Assembly (NCBI RefSeq): GCF_000315565.1
Contig: NZ_JH992901.1
Span: 5,837,923-5,869,922, forward strand
Direction: 5' to 3'
Length of the DNA stretch: 32,000 bases
Source: Mastigocladopsis repens PCC 10914
GTDB taxonomy: Bacteria > Cyanobacteriota > Cyanobacteriia > Cyanobacteriales > Nostocaceae
The position numbers and the translations under genes were made by a program. Below are positions 24,302 through 32,000 of this stretch, piece after piece. Positions within the stretch are counted from its first letter, which is position 1, and each line of letters begins with the position of its first letter. The notes below the pieces were generated by a model. The model ran no database searches. It worked only from the letters and a program-made list of their open reading frames with translations, and was not told the origin of the DNA.

Positions 24302-25351
24302 ATGGCAACCGTTTTAGCTATAGAAACCAGCTGTGATGAAACCGCCGTGGCAATTGTTAACAATCGTCAAGTTTGTAGTAGTATTATTGCCTCGCAAATC
24401 CCAGTCCATCAGCAGTATGGTGGAGTCGTGCCGGAAGTGGCATCGCGCCAGCATTTAGAAACGATCAATGGGGCGATCGCCCAAGCCTTGCAACAAGCAG
24501 AACTAGACTGGGACACAATTGATGGTATCGCAGCTACTTGTGCCCCTGGATTGGTTGGGGCGCTGTTGGTCGGGTTAACTGCTGCCAAAACCTTGGCAGT
24601 GGTACATAACAAGCCATTTTTAGGAGTTCATCACCTCGAAGGTCACATTTACGCCACTTATTTGAGCGAGCCAACTTTAGAGGCTCCTTTCCTTAGCTTA
24701 TTGGTTTCTGGTGGTCACACAAGCTTGATTTATGTTAAGGATTGTGGTGTGTATGAAACTTTGGGCGAAACTCGTGATGATGCAGCAGGTGAGGCTTTTG
24801 ATAAAGTGGCACGTCTGTTGCATTTGGGGTATCCTGGTGGACCAATGATTGACAGGCTAGCAAAAGAGGGAAATTCACAAGCCTTTACCCTACCAGAAGG
24901 GAAAGTCTCCCTACCAGGTGGCGGATATCATCGGTATGATACGAGTTTTAGTGGGTTGAAGACAGCGGTACTACGGTTGGTGCAGCAGTTTGAAAAAAAT
25001 GGGCAATCTCTGCCAACGGCAGATGTAGCGGCTAGTTTTCAGGAGACTATAGCACGATCCCTCACCAAAAGGGCAATTGCCTGTGCCCAAGACTATGGTC
25101 TTTCCACCATTGCTATTGGTGGAGGTGTAGCAGCCAACACTGCTTTGAGACAACATTTACAACGTTCAGCAGAAACTCATAACTTGCGCGTGCTCTTCCC
25201 CCCTCTAAAATTTTGCACCGATAACGCCGCTATGATTGGCGCTGCTGCGGCTGACCATCTCAACAGAGGTCATACCTCCCCTCTCACCACAGGCGTTCAG
25301 TCTAGACTAGCGCTGACCCAAGTCATGGAGTTGTATCGGCATGAGGAATAA
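24302..25351 (+). CDS. tsaD: tRNA N6-adenosine threonylcarbamoyltransferase TsaD (Kae1/Gcp family)
   Basis: 349-aa ORF with [31 protein letters not shown] and DNAAMIG motifs. Confidence 0.93.
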   Translation: MATVLAIETSCDETAVAIVNNRQVCSSIIASQIPVHQQYGGVVPEVASRQHLETINGAIAQALQQAELDWDTIDGIAATCAPGLVGALLVGLTAAKTLAVVHNKPFLGVHHLEGHIYATYLSEPTLEAPFLSLLVSGGHTSLIYVKDCGVYETLGETRDDAAGEAFDKVARLLHLGYPGGPMIDRLAKEGNSQAFTLPEGKVSLPGGGYHRYDTSFSGLKTAVLRLVQQFEKNGQSLPTADVAASFQETIARSLTKRAIACAQDYGLSTIAIGGGVAANTALRQHLQRSAETHNLRVLFPPLKFCTDNAAMIGAAAADHLNRGHTSPLTTGVQSRLALTQVMELYRHEE

Positions 25352-25372
25352 GGGGGAAAGGAACAAACGGAA

Positions 25373-26326
25373 TCACCCAAGGACTTCTCCCCTTTTCCTT
25401 TCTTCCTCTCCTTTAGAGCGCTGGAGAACGAGAGAGCGGATGTGAGTAGCAACTGCATCTGGCTGTTCTAACATTGCCAGGTGTCCGCAATCAGGAATTT
25501 CGATAAAATTGTCGCCACAGTAGCTGAAAAGAGGGTGAAAGCTAGCTAAATGGCGGACATACTTGGGTTCCATAACCTTGTCTTCCGCACCAGCCAGGAA
25601 ATAAATCGGTTGCTTAAGTTGAGAAACGAGTTGAGGCAAGTGATTAATTTCTTCTTCTGTTGTAGAATCTAGCAGTGCTCCCAAAGCAGCTTCTGGATCT
25701 GCAACAACGAAATCAATCACCCGCTGACGTGCCCAATTGCGCTCCAAAGGGCGTGCTACACTCACTCTGGTAAATAGCAAATCAATCAGAGGCACTTGGC
25801 TAAGCCATCTGGGGCGAACTTGCAAAAACCGCTGACCCGCTGAACGAAACTGCTCAAAGGCTTCTTTGAGATAAATTCCACCACCTGAGTTAATACAGAT
25901 GACTCCTTTAACACATTCTGGCATTTGGGCGGCACCCCAAAGGGCGATCGTACCTCCCAAAGAATGACCAACCAGCCAAGCGCTCTTAACGTTGAGTTGT
26001 TGCAGGAGAGCTACTAAATCCTGAGCATAGGCAGCCGGAGTATAAACAGAATCAAAGGGATTAACAACCGCACTACTAGATTTAGCACTTAGGCTGAAAT
26101 AATTTTGTTCTCGACTAAAATCAGTTTTTAGCCTGGGCTGGGACTCTCCAAAACCTCTTAAATCATAGGAAAGACATTGAAAATCATCTGACAACGGGGA
26201 AATCACAGGTTGCCAGTACCCACGGCTATTGAGCCATCCGTGGATAAATACTAAGGTGTGGGGGTAGGAAGTGGGAGCTGTTAGCTCGTATGCGTGTGGA
26301 ACGCCCAAGATTTCGATGGTTGCCAT
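25373..26326 (-). CDS. Alpha/beta-fold hydrolase
   Basis: 317-aa ORF with the HGW oxyanion region (LVFIHGWLNS), the nucleophile elbow GHSLGG and a C-terminal catalytic His context (IPDCGHLAMLEQPD). Confidence 0.85.
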   Translation of the reverse strand: MATIEILGVPHAYELTAPTSYPHTLVFIHGWLNSRGYWQPVISPLSDDFQCLSYDLRGFGESQPRLKTDFSREQNYFSLSAKSSSAVVNPFDSVYTPAAYAQDLVALLQQLNVKSAWLVGHSLGGTIALWGAAQMPECVKGVICINSGGGIYLKEAFEQFRSAGQRFLQVRPRWLSQVPLIDLLFTRVSVARPLERNWARQRVIDFVVADPEAALGALLDSTTEEEINHLPQLVSQLKQPIYFLAGAEDKVMEPKYVRHLASFHPLFSYCGDNFIEIPDCGHLAMLEQPDAVATHIRSLVLQRSKGEEERKRGEVLG

Positions 26327-26701
26327 ACTCTTATCGTACCCCCTTCAGGGAGGCAGCTGGGGAGATAGGGAGGTGGGGAGTTGGACAGTTGGGGAGGAGG
26401 AGAGAGTAGCAGAGTTTCTTGTTTGACCCCATTGCCCCATCCTCCCACTTTCTCATCTTCCCAACAACTTAGGTCGCACTCCTTCAGCAATTTTGTGACC
26501 TAGATCTAGTAAAAACTTCCGTTTTATTTAATTTCTCCTTGGCTTTGCAACAAAATGCTAAAGTTGAAAAGGATTAGTGTGAGACACGCGCTTGCCAACT
26601 ACTGTCATTGAAAATCCCGAAAACACACAAAAAGCCGTATGTGTAAGAGGGTATAAAGGTGGGTAGTTCGGTGATACGTGAATCAGCACTCTTCTCAGTG
26701 A

Positions 26702-27286
<585 letters not shown>

Positions 27287-27607
27287 TTTTTAAATAAACA
27301 CAGTAGCTTTTACCACAAACTAAGCTATAATCTTAGAATTTGACTATTAAATGCTGTTTGCTGTAGAGCCAAAATCGGTAATTTCTCTTGTGGATTATTC
27401 CAAACTCTAAGGAACAGGCAAGTAGTTGTTACCTGTTTGAAGTTGGTGAAAATAAGCGAAGCAAAGTTTAGCAAAAGGAAGTGATTGCAAAAAGTCAAAA
27501 AGCGTGATAGCATTACAATGCTAATCTAAAAAATTACACAAGTAAGTCAACTAAGGCACTCTTAGTGCTTTACAAAACTAAAGATTAGCTCTGAATGATG
27601 CTTTAAT

Positions 27608-27681
27608 CGGGATGTAGCGCAGCTTGGTAGCGCGCCTGCTTTGGGAGCAGGATGCCGCAGGTTCAAATCCTGTCATCCCGA
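27608..27681 (+). tRNA. tRNA-Pro (anticodon UGG)
   Basis: Hand-folded cloverleaf. Acceptor cgggatg/catcccg, D stem gcgc/gcgc, anticodon stem cctgc/gcagg with loop ttTGGga (U33, G37), 5-nt variable loop, T arm gcagg-ttcaaat-cctgt, discriminator A. No encoded CCA. Confidence 0.9.
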
Positions 27682-27700
27682 CTTGCTACAACAGTAAGTC

Positions 27701-27738
27701 AAAAAACCCTAGATCTGTAAACGGAGCTAGGGTTTTTT
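27701..27738 (+). terminator. Rho-independent terminator after tRNA-Pro
   Basis: aaaaaaccctag ... ctagggtttttt forms a hairpin with a T-run. Confidence 0.8.
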
Positions 27739-27759
27739 ACATAGTCCAGCAGGTAATTA

Positions 27760-27869
27760 GCCCAAGCCAAGAGCATACTATATCTAAAAAAGACACGCAA
27801 GATTTGTTAAACGAGATGAAGCAGCAACTTCCCAACAGATATGGACGGAATTATGAAAAATTTGTCTAG
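27760..27869 (+). pseudogene. Short Tic22-like gene fragment (relic)
   Basis: The reading frame ...VISPSQEHTISKKDTQDLLNEMKQQLPNRYGRNYEKFV* resembles ...VIPLFLSQKDAQGLLNQVKQQVPKADIQ of the Tic22-like gene at 29040..29120. My hand count gives 37 of 51 nt identical without gaps (27782..27832 against 29059..29109). There is no start codon or N-terminal part. Confidence 0.5.
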
Positions 27870-27906
27870 ATACCCTCCGGGAAGTTGTCCTGTTGGGCAT
27901 CTACAC

Positions 27907-27919
27907 ATCCTGTCATCCC
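27907..27919 (+). repeat. Direct repeat of the tRNA-Pro 3' end (att-like scar)
   Basis: atcctgtcatccc is identical to 27667..27679 within the tRNA T-arm/acceptor. The extended match is 16 of 18 nt (cacatcctgtcatcccaa against caaatcctgtcatcccga). Confidence 0.6.
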
Positions 27920-28478
27920 AATTTGGTAATGCAAATCACTAAATCTTAACCCATAAATGAATCTAGTTTTTTTTCCACAAACCATCAATAAATTAAATCA
28001 AAACTTCCAAATTTGAGTTGACTCTGACTGTTAGTTTGATTTGTAAGTGTATGTACAGTTAAATTGCATATTTTCTCGTAAGCTGTAATTGTGCTGTTTT
28101 ACTATTTATTCTCTACTAGACAAACTTATTTCTTAGCAGAAAATCATTGGAGAAGTACAAAAACGTGTAAACATTGAGACATTTTGCAGCAGCCATAGGA
28201 GGAACGATTTAATATTTATTATCGTCAACTATAGCTAAGAAAGCCAATAAAATGGCATGTGACACCTCTGTTAAAGAGGACTTTTTTCGCCGCTCTTGTT
28301 AACATACAGCAGGCATCTACGGTTCAAACCCAGTTCCCAACAAGGCGAAATTCAAACACCAACAACAGCACAGTCAATTAGCCAAAAGGATACTATAACT
28401 AAAACTAGTTGGATCTGTGTGCAAACCCAACCAATTGTCGGACTTAATTTCAGAAGAGTATTAATGCGAGGAGAAGTC

Positions 28479-29282
28479 ATGAATTTATTAGTTCGCTGGG
28501 GCACAACATTAACTTTAGTGGGGAGTACTCTGCTGGCAACAGTTTTTAGCGGAAATGCTCCAGTGCTCGCATTGACAGAACAACAAATTAAAGAAAAATT
28601 AGACCCAGTACCTGTGTTTTTGATTACTAACAACCAAGGTGTCCCTCTCACTCGTACTGTGCCTAACAATGGGCAAAATGCACAAAAGAAAGAAGCCACG
28701 GTGACAGACGTTTTTATGAGTGGGCAGGAGGCTCAGGCTTTTATCAACCAACTGCGGAACGTGCAAGGCAAAAACCCGAAAATGGCAGAAATGTTAAAAA
28801 GCCTGCAAGTGACACCAGTACCCTTGGGAATGATTTATCAGAGACTTCGAGATAATGCTAAAAAACCAGACAGCCTCGTGTTTGCTTTTAATCCTGGAAA
28901 GCAGGATATAGAAGGGGCTATGGCATTGCTACGCCAAAGCGGTAAAGAAGTCAAGCAGTTCCCCAGTGTACCGATTTTTATCGTTAGGTCGCCAGAAAAG
29001 GGGTATGTTTCTGTCAAACGGAAAACTGACAATAAGGAAGTTATTCCTCTGTTCTTAAGTCAAAAAGACGCCCAAGGTTTGTTGAACCAAGTGAAACAAC
29101 AAGTTCCTAAGGCTGACATTCAGGTGGTGGACATAGACGGAATCATTCAAACATTGCGAGCAAAAAATGATCCATGGCTAAACCAAGTTACCATAGTCCC
29201 CTCTTCTGAAACTATGCAGTATATCGTTAGCAAGCAAAATAATGCACCCAAACCCGCTGCACCTGCTGCTCCCAAGAAATAA
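28479..29282 (+). CDS. tic22: Tic22-like periplasmic chaperone/transport protein
   Basis: The track ORF begins at a TTG at 28296. The ATG at 28479 follows GAGGAG and gives a signal peptide (MNLLVRWGTTLTLVGSTLLATVFSGNAPVLA). Two Tic22-type repeats follow (VPVFLITNNQGVPL...FMSGQEAQAFINQL and VPIFIVRSPEKGY...LFLSQKDAQGLLNQV). Confidence 0.8.
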   Translation: MNLLVRWGTTLTLVGSTLLATVFSGNAPVLALTEQQIKEKLDPVPVFLITNNQGVPLTRTVPNNGQNAQKKEATVTDVFMSGQEAQAFINQLRNVQGKNPKMAEMLKSLQVTPVPLGMIYQRLRDNAKKPDSLVFAFNPGKQDIEGAMALLRQSGKEVKQFPSVPIFIVRSPEKGYVSVKRKTDNKEVIPLFLSQKDAQGLLNQVKQQVPKADIQVVDIDGIIQTLRAKNDPWLNQVTIVPSSETMQYIVSKQNNAPKPAAPAAPKK

Positions 29283-29307
29283 TAAAATTATGCCTTAAGA
29301 TAGAGGC

Positions 29308-30222
29308 ATGGCGGATAAGCAGTCATCGGTCACTGGTTTACAACTTTGGCAGTGGCGTAACGCGGCAATTCAAGCTGCGATCGCCACTGGCGTTTCACCT
29401 GCTGAGGTAGATTGGTTACTACAAGAGGTCGCTGGGTTAGACCGTTTGGCATTGCGTATAGAATCATTCAAAGACTGGAGTCAGATTCCTTTGGAGTTAT
29501 CTCTAGGGGATTTGGACAAACTCTGGCAGCGACGATTAAATGAACACTTGCCAGTACAGTATGTTGTAGGAGCTACTCCCTGGCGAAAGTATAAAATTGC
29601 TGTGTCAAACGCGGTTTTAATTCCCAGACCAGAAACAGAGGACTTGATCGATTTAGCTGTCGCTGCTGCTAGTGAAAGTGGGACGACACCGTTTTTAGAG
29701 CAAGGACACTGGGCTGACTTGGGAACTGGTAGTGGCGCGATCGCGATTGGACTGGCAGATGTTTTCAATTCAGCAAGCATTCACGCTGTCGATTACAGTC
29801 ACGAAGCTCTTGTCGTCGCAATGTCAAACGCCCGAAATTCAGGTTTTGGGGAGCGCATTCAATTTTATCAAGGTTCTTGGTGGGAGCCTCTAGAATCGTT
29901 GAAGGGTCAGTTCAGTGGAATGGTGTCGAACCCACCTTATATACCCACCAACATCATACCTACCCTACAACTTGAAGTCGTTAACCATGAACCACATCTA
30001 GCTTTAGACGGTGGTGTTGATGGCTTAGATTGTATCCGCCATTTGGTAGAACTTTCCCCCACCTATTTACAACCAGGTGGGGTTTGGCTCATAGAGATGA
30101 TGGCAGGACAAGCAGATGCCGTGCGAGAAATGTTGCAAAATCAAGGTAGTTATTGCAACATCCAGATTCATCGAGATTTAGCTGGCATTGAGCGCTTTGC
30201 TCTGGCATTTAAAAAAAGATAG
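29308..30222 (+). CDS. prmC: Peptide chain release factor N5-glutamine methyltransferase
   Basis: 304-aa ORF with PVQYVVG, LIPRPETE, the SAM-binding DLGTGSGAI and the catalytic NPPY (VSNPPYIP). Confidence 0.9.
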   Translation: MADKQSSVTGLQLWQWRNAAIQAAIATGVSPAEVDWLLQEVAGLDRLALRIESFKDWSQIPLELSLGDLDKLWQRRLNEHLPVQYVVGATPWRKYKIAVSNAVLIPRPETEDLIDLAVAAASESGTTPFLEQGHWADLGTGSGAIAIGLADVFNSASIHAVDYSHEALVVAMSNARNSGFGERIQFYQGSWWEPLESLKGQFSGMVSNPPYIPTNIIPTLQLEVVNHEPHLALDGGVDGLDCIRHLVELSPTYLQPGGVWLIEMMAGQADAVREMLQNQGSYCNIQIHRDLAGIERFALAFKKR

Positions 30223-30239
30223 ACGAAAGAAATTGACAC

Positions 30240-30284
30240 TCTCACCTTCACAGGCGAAGCCTGTGAAGGGAGATTCTTGCTTCA
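30240..30284 (+). repeat. 45-nt direct repeat, copy 1, containing an 11-bp hairpin with a GAA triloop
   Basis: tctcaccttcacaggcgaagcctgtgaagggagattcttgcttca. ccttcacaggc (30245..30255) pairs perfectly with gcctgtgaagg (30259..30269). It starts 18 nt after the prmC stop. Confidence 0.7.
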
Positions 30285-30600
30285 ACAGGTTTTTCTAGCC
30301 CACTGTGGTATAACGAGTTAAAAGCTCTCCCACCGGCACTGACCCCGACAGATTCCCCTCCACAAGCATCTGTTTTACTACCACGGGCTGCCCGACCGCA
30401 GTCACAAAATACTTATTCTGATGTATCGTTTGTCTGATTCACAACATTCGACCCCCCTGTTCATCAGGTATTTCTTTTTGGTGATGCGAGTTGTCTGGTG
30501 GAGAAACACCAATCTTGCCTAACCCTAACTTTTTTGGTGGCAAGTATATTCTACTACACCAAGGTATTGCGAAGCCATGTTTTTTATTGGTCGCAATTCA

Positions 30601-30645
30601 TCTCACCCTTAAGGCGAAGCCTGTAACGGGAGTCCTCTTGCTTCA
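30601..30645 (+). repeat. 45-nt direct repeat, copy 2 (degenerate hairpin)
   Basis: tctcacccttaaggcgaagcctgtaacgggagtcctcttgcttca is about 80 % identical to copy 1, with two compensating 1-nt indels. It ends 54 nt before the tsaC ATG. Confidence 0.7.
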
Positions 30646-30698
30646 TTAAGATAGACAAATTTTTGCAATCTTCTTTCTTCTTTCTTCACTTTTTAAAG

Positions 30699-31328
30699 AT
30701 GACCCAAGTTTCCTTAGACGCCCTTGTGGCTGGCGTACGTGCTGGTCAATTAGTAAGCTTTCCCACAGATACTGTTCCCGCACTGGCAGCTTTACCAGAA
30801 CAAGGAGCATTAATTTATGCAGCGAAGCAGCGCAGTCAGGATAAACCCTTAATATTAATGGCAGCAAGTGCTGAAGAAATCTGGTCTTTTGTCACAGGTC
30901 GTGGCAATGAGTATGAAATTTGGCAAAGAGTTGCAAAGAAATATTGGCCAGGAGCACTAACTTTGGTATTGCCTGCTTCAGCAAGGGTACCAAAAGCGAT
31001 GAATTCCGTTTCTGATGAAGATTTTGACCCCCAGAAGGACAAGCCTACTCACCCCATGACAATAGGGATTCGAGTGCCTAACTCCAGGATTGCCCAAACT
31101 ATTTTGACGCAAACAGGTCCTCTGGCAACCACTAGCGCCAATTTATCAGGTCAACCCCCCTTACAAACGATGGCAGAGATTGAGGCACAGTTTCCCCATG
31201 TTTTGACTTTAGCGGCGACGGAATTTAAAGATGAGAGACACGGGATTGGTCTGCCTTCCACTGTTGTAAAATGGACTGAAAAGAATTGGCAAATTTTACG
31301 GCAAGGTGCTATAAAGGTAGAGTTTTAA
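30699..31328 (+). CDS. tsaC: L-threonylcarbamoyladenylate synthase (TsaC/YrdC/Sua5 family)
   Basis: The track ORF starts at a TTG at 30663. The ATG at 30699 gives MTQVSLDALVAGVRAGQLVSFPTDTVPALAA...KQRSQDKPLILMA...PGALTLVL...GIRVPN...GPLATTSANLSGQPP, which are YrdC-domain motifs. Confidence 0.88.
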   Translation: MTQVSLDALVAGVRAGQLVSFPTDTVPALAALPEQGALIYAAKQRSQDKPLILMAASAEEIWSFVTGRGNEYEIWQRVAKKYWPGALTLVLPASARVPKAMNSVSDEDFDPQKDKPTHPMTIGIRVPNSRIAQTILTQTGPLATTSANLSGQPPLQTMAEIEAQFPHVLTLAATEFKDERHGIGLPSTVVKWTEKNWQILRQGAIKVEF

Positions 31329-31488
31329 GCCTTGAATTCAGCAGCTAGGGCATTATTTTCTGCATAAGGGGCGTTGCGCCAAGGGCAATTATCGTTTTTG
31401 TCGAAGAGCTTATAAACCTATAAAAGGGTGCATCTGAAGGCAGGCAACTCTGAGTTCAGCAAACTCAACTTATTTACAGCGGTTTTCT

Positions 31489-31559
31489 GTAAGGTGGGCA
31501 TTGCTTACCAATATCTCAAATGCCTATCACATAAGCTTTTACGGGCAATGCCACCCTAC
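31489..31559. repeat. 70-bp hairpin repeat element, copy 2
   Basis: gtaaggtgggcattgc (31489..31504) faces gcaatgccaccctac (31545..31559). The first 21 nt resemble copy 1 (gta[g/a]ggtgggca[g/t]tgcttacc). Confidence 0.65.
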
Positions 31560-31847
31560 AATTTGTGGTTGAATTTTTTGAAAAGCGCTGTAAGCAGGCT
31601 TGGTTTGTCAAATGCTCCCGAACAATTCAGTACTGGGAGTAAGGCACATCGCAGTGCTCTCTACTGAGTACTGTGTGTAAATAATTCCAAAGTTTCCTCT
31701 TCTGAAACTGACTCAGAAACAGAAGAATCTTCACCTGTAGCTAGAAATTCAGGATTGGAGGACTGTGTTGGAAAGTGGTGAAATAGGAACTCCGAAGCTT
31801 TGTTTTGCGCCTCTAGGGTTAATTAAAAAGGTGATAATTGCCAGATT

Positions 31848-32000
31848 ATGAATTGGAGCAACTGGGTATATCTAGGAGCAGGACTAGCATTGGGGGTAAG
31901 TCTTCGTGGGTTATTTGCGCGGCGGGGGGTGTCTTCTAGCTCATCCACAGTATCGTCAGTAGAAGAACAACAGGCTGTACCAGCACTCCTGCAACAGATG
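31848..32000 (+). CDS. 5' end of an unidentified membrane-anchored protein (partial)
   Basis: The frame from the ATG at 31848 is open for 51 codons to the window end (MNWSNWVYLGAGLALGVSLRGLFARRGVSSSSSTVSSVEEQQAVPALLQQM). It shows one N-terminal TM helix and no diagnostic motif. Confidence 0.3.
   Translation, partial: MNWSNWVYLGAGLALGVSLRGLFARRGVSSSSSTVSSVEEQQAVPALLQQM

Noticed and set aside
26281-26490. 69-aa minus-strand ORF and a G-rich tract (ggggagatagggaggtggggag...) upstream of the hydrolase gene
   Set aside because: The ORF overlaps the hydrolase start in another frame and encodes low-complexity Pro/Gly sequence. The G-runs have irregular, long loops, so a quadruplex claim is much weaker than for 20696..20738.
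27624-27869. 81-aa ORF starting inside tRNA-Pro
   Set aside because: The first third is the tRNA and its terminator read as protein. Only the last 35 or so codons have any meaning, as the Tic22-like relic reported separately.
28296-28478. N-terminal extensions of the tic22 ORF (TTG at 28296), psaF (TTG at 24190), tsaC (TTG at 30663) and ORF 15293 (TTG at 15823)
   Set aside because: Each has an internal ATG. For tic22 and psaF this ATG has better ribosome-binding context and yields a signal peptide. For tsaC it yields the canonical family N-terminus. The extensions are hydrophilic or odd and begin at rare start codons.
30267-30449. Open frame of about 60 codons in the prmC-tsaC cassette (REILASTGFSSPLWYNELKALPPALTPTDSPPQASVLLPRAARPQSQNTYSDVSFV)
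   Set aside because: It has no ATG/GTG/TTG start in frame after the upstream stop, and the sequence is Pro/Ser-rich and low-complexity. At most it is a decayed gene remnant.
30285-30600. Known housekeeping RNA (SRP RNA, tmRNA, RNase P RNA, 6S RNA, Yfr1) in the prmC-tsaC spacer, and likewise for 13190..13440
   Set aside because: I found no GGAA-tetraloop/AGCA SRP domain IV, no tmRNA tag frame, no conserved P4 RNase P motifs, no end-to-end 6S-type helix and no ACUCCUCACAC Yfr1 motif on either strand.
30240-30645. CRISPR array interpretation of the 45-nt direct repeats
   Set aside because: There are only two copies at about 80 % identity, separated by 316 bp, which is far longer than a spacer. 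No cas genes are present in the window.
31428-31667. 79-aa ORF downstream of tsaC
   Set aside because: It is built around the 70-bp hairpin repeat (31489..31559). It has no ribosome-binding context and no recognisable motif.

Overview
This window looks like a core chromosomal segment of a filamentous, heterocyst-forming cyanobacterium (Nostoc/Anabaena type), not an accessory island. Three lines of evidence support this. I count 13 copies of the HIP1 octamer GCGATCGC, against about 0.5 expected by chance. Heptamer and octamer STRR tracts are present. The gene order, from my memory of Anabaena PCC 7120 (roughly all0086 to alr0117), is mreC-mreB / ssb / DUF541 / EVE / cation antiporter / amiC1-amiC2 / murI / sds / hetZ-patU / transglutaminase-like / remA-gmk / psaL-psaJ-psaF / tsaD / hydrolase / GNAT / tRNA-Pro / tic22 / prmC / tsaC. 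I see no transposase, integrase, CRISPR array, toxin-antitoxin pair or recognisable defence cassette. No novel protein system is evident, and I will not claim one. The points worth a second look are mostly regulatory or non-coding. (1) A HetR-type site and the long hetZ leader appear to lie inside a divergent ORF. (2) The large transglutaminase-like membrane protein next to hetZ-patU has lost its catalytic Cys and His. (3) A 291-bp repeat-flanked insertion splits the duplicated leader of amiC1 but not that of amiC2, and the amiC1/amiC2 identity pattern is mosaic. (4) A 13-nt copy of the tRNA-Pro 3' end lies 240 bp downstream of the tRNA and brackets a Tic22-like gene fragment. (5) A roughly 400-bp non-coding cassette bounded by 45-nt hairpin-bearing direct repeats sits between prmC and tsaC. 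(6) An identical palindrome occurs at the ssb start and inside a 1.1-kb ORF-free gap. (7) A G-quadruplex-competent octamer array and several nested short dispersed repeats are present, one of them inside the psaF-psaJ operon spacer. All functional names come from reading the translated ORFs. No database search was run.
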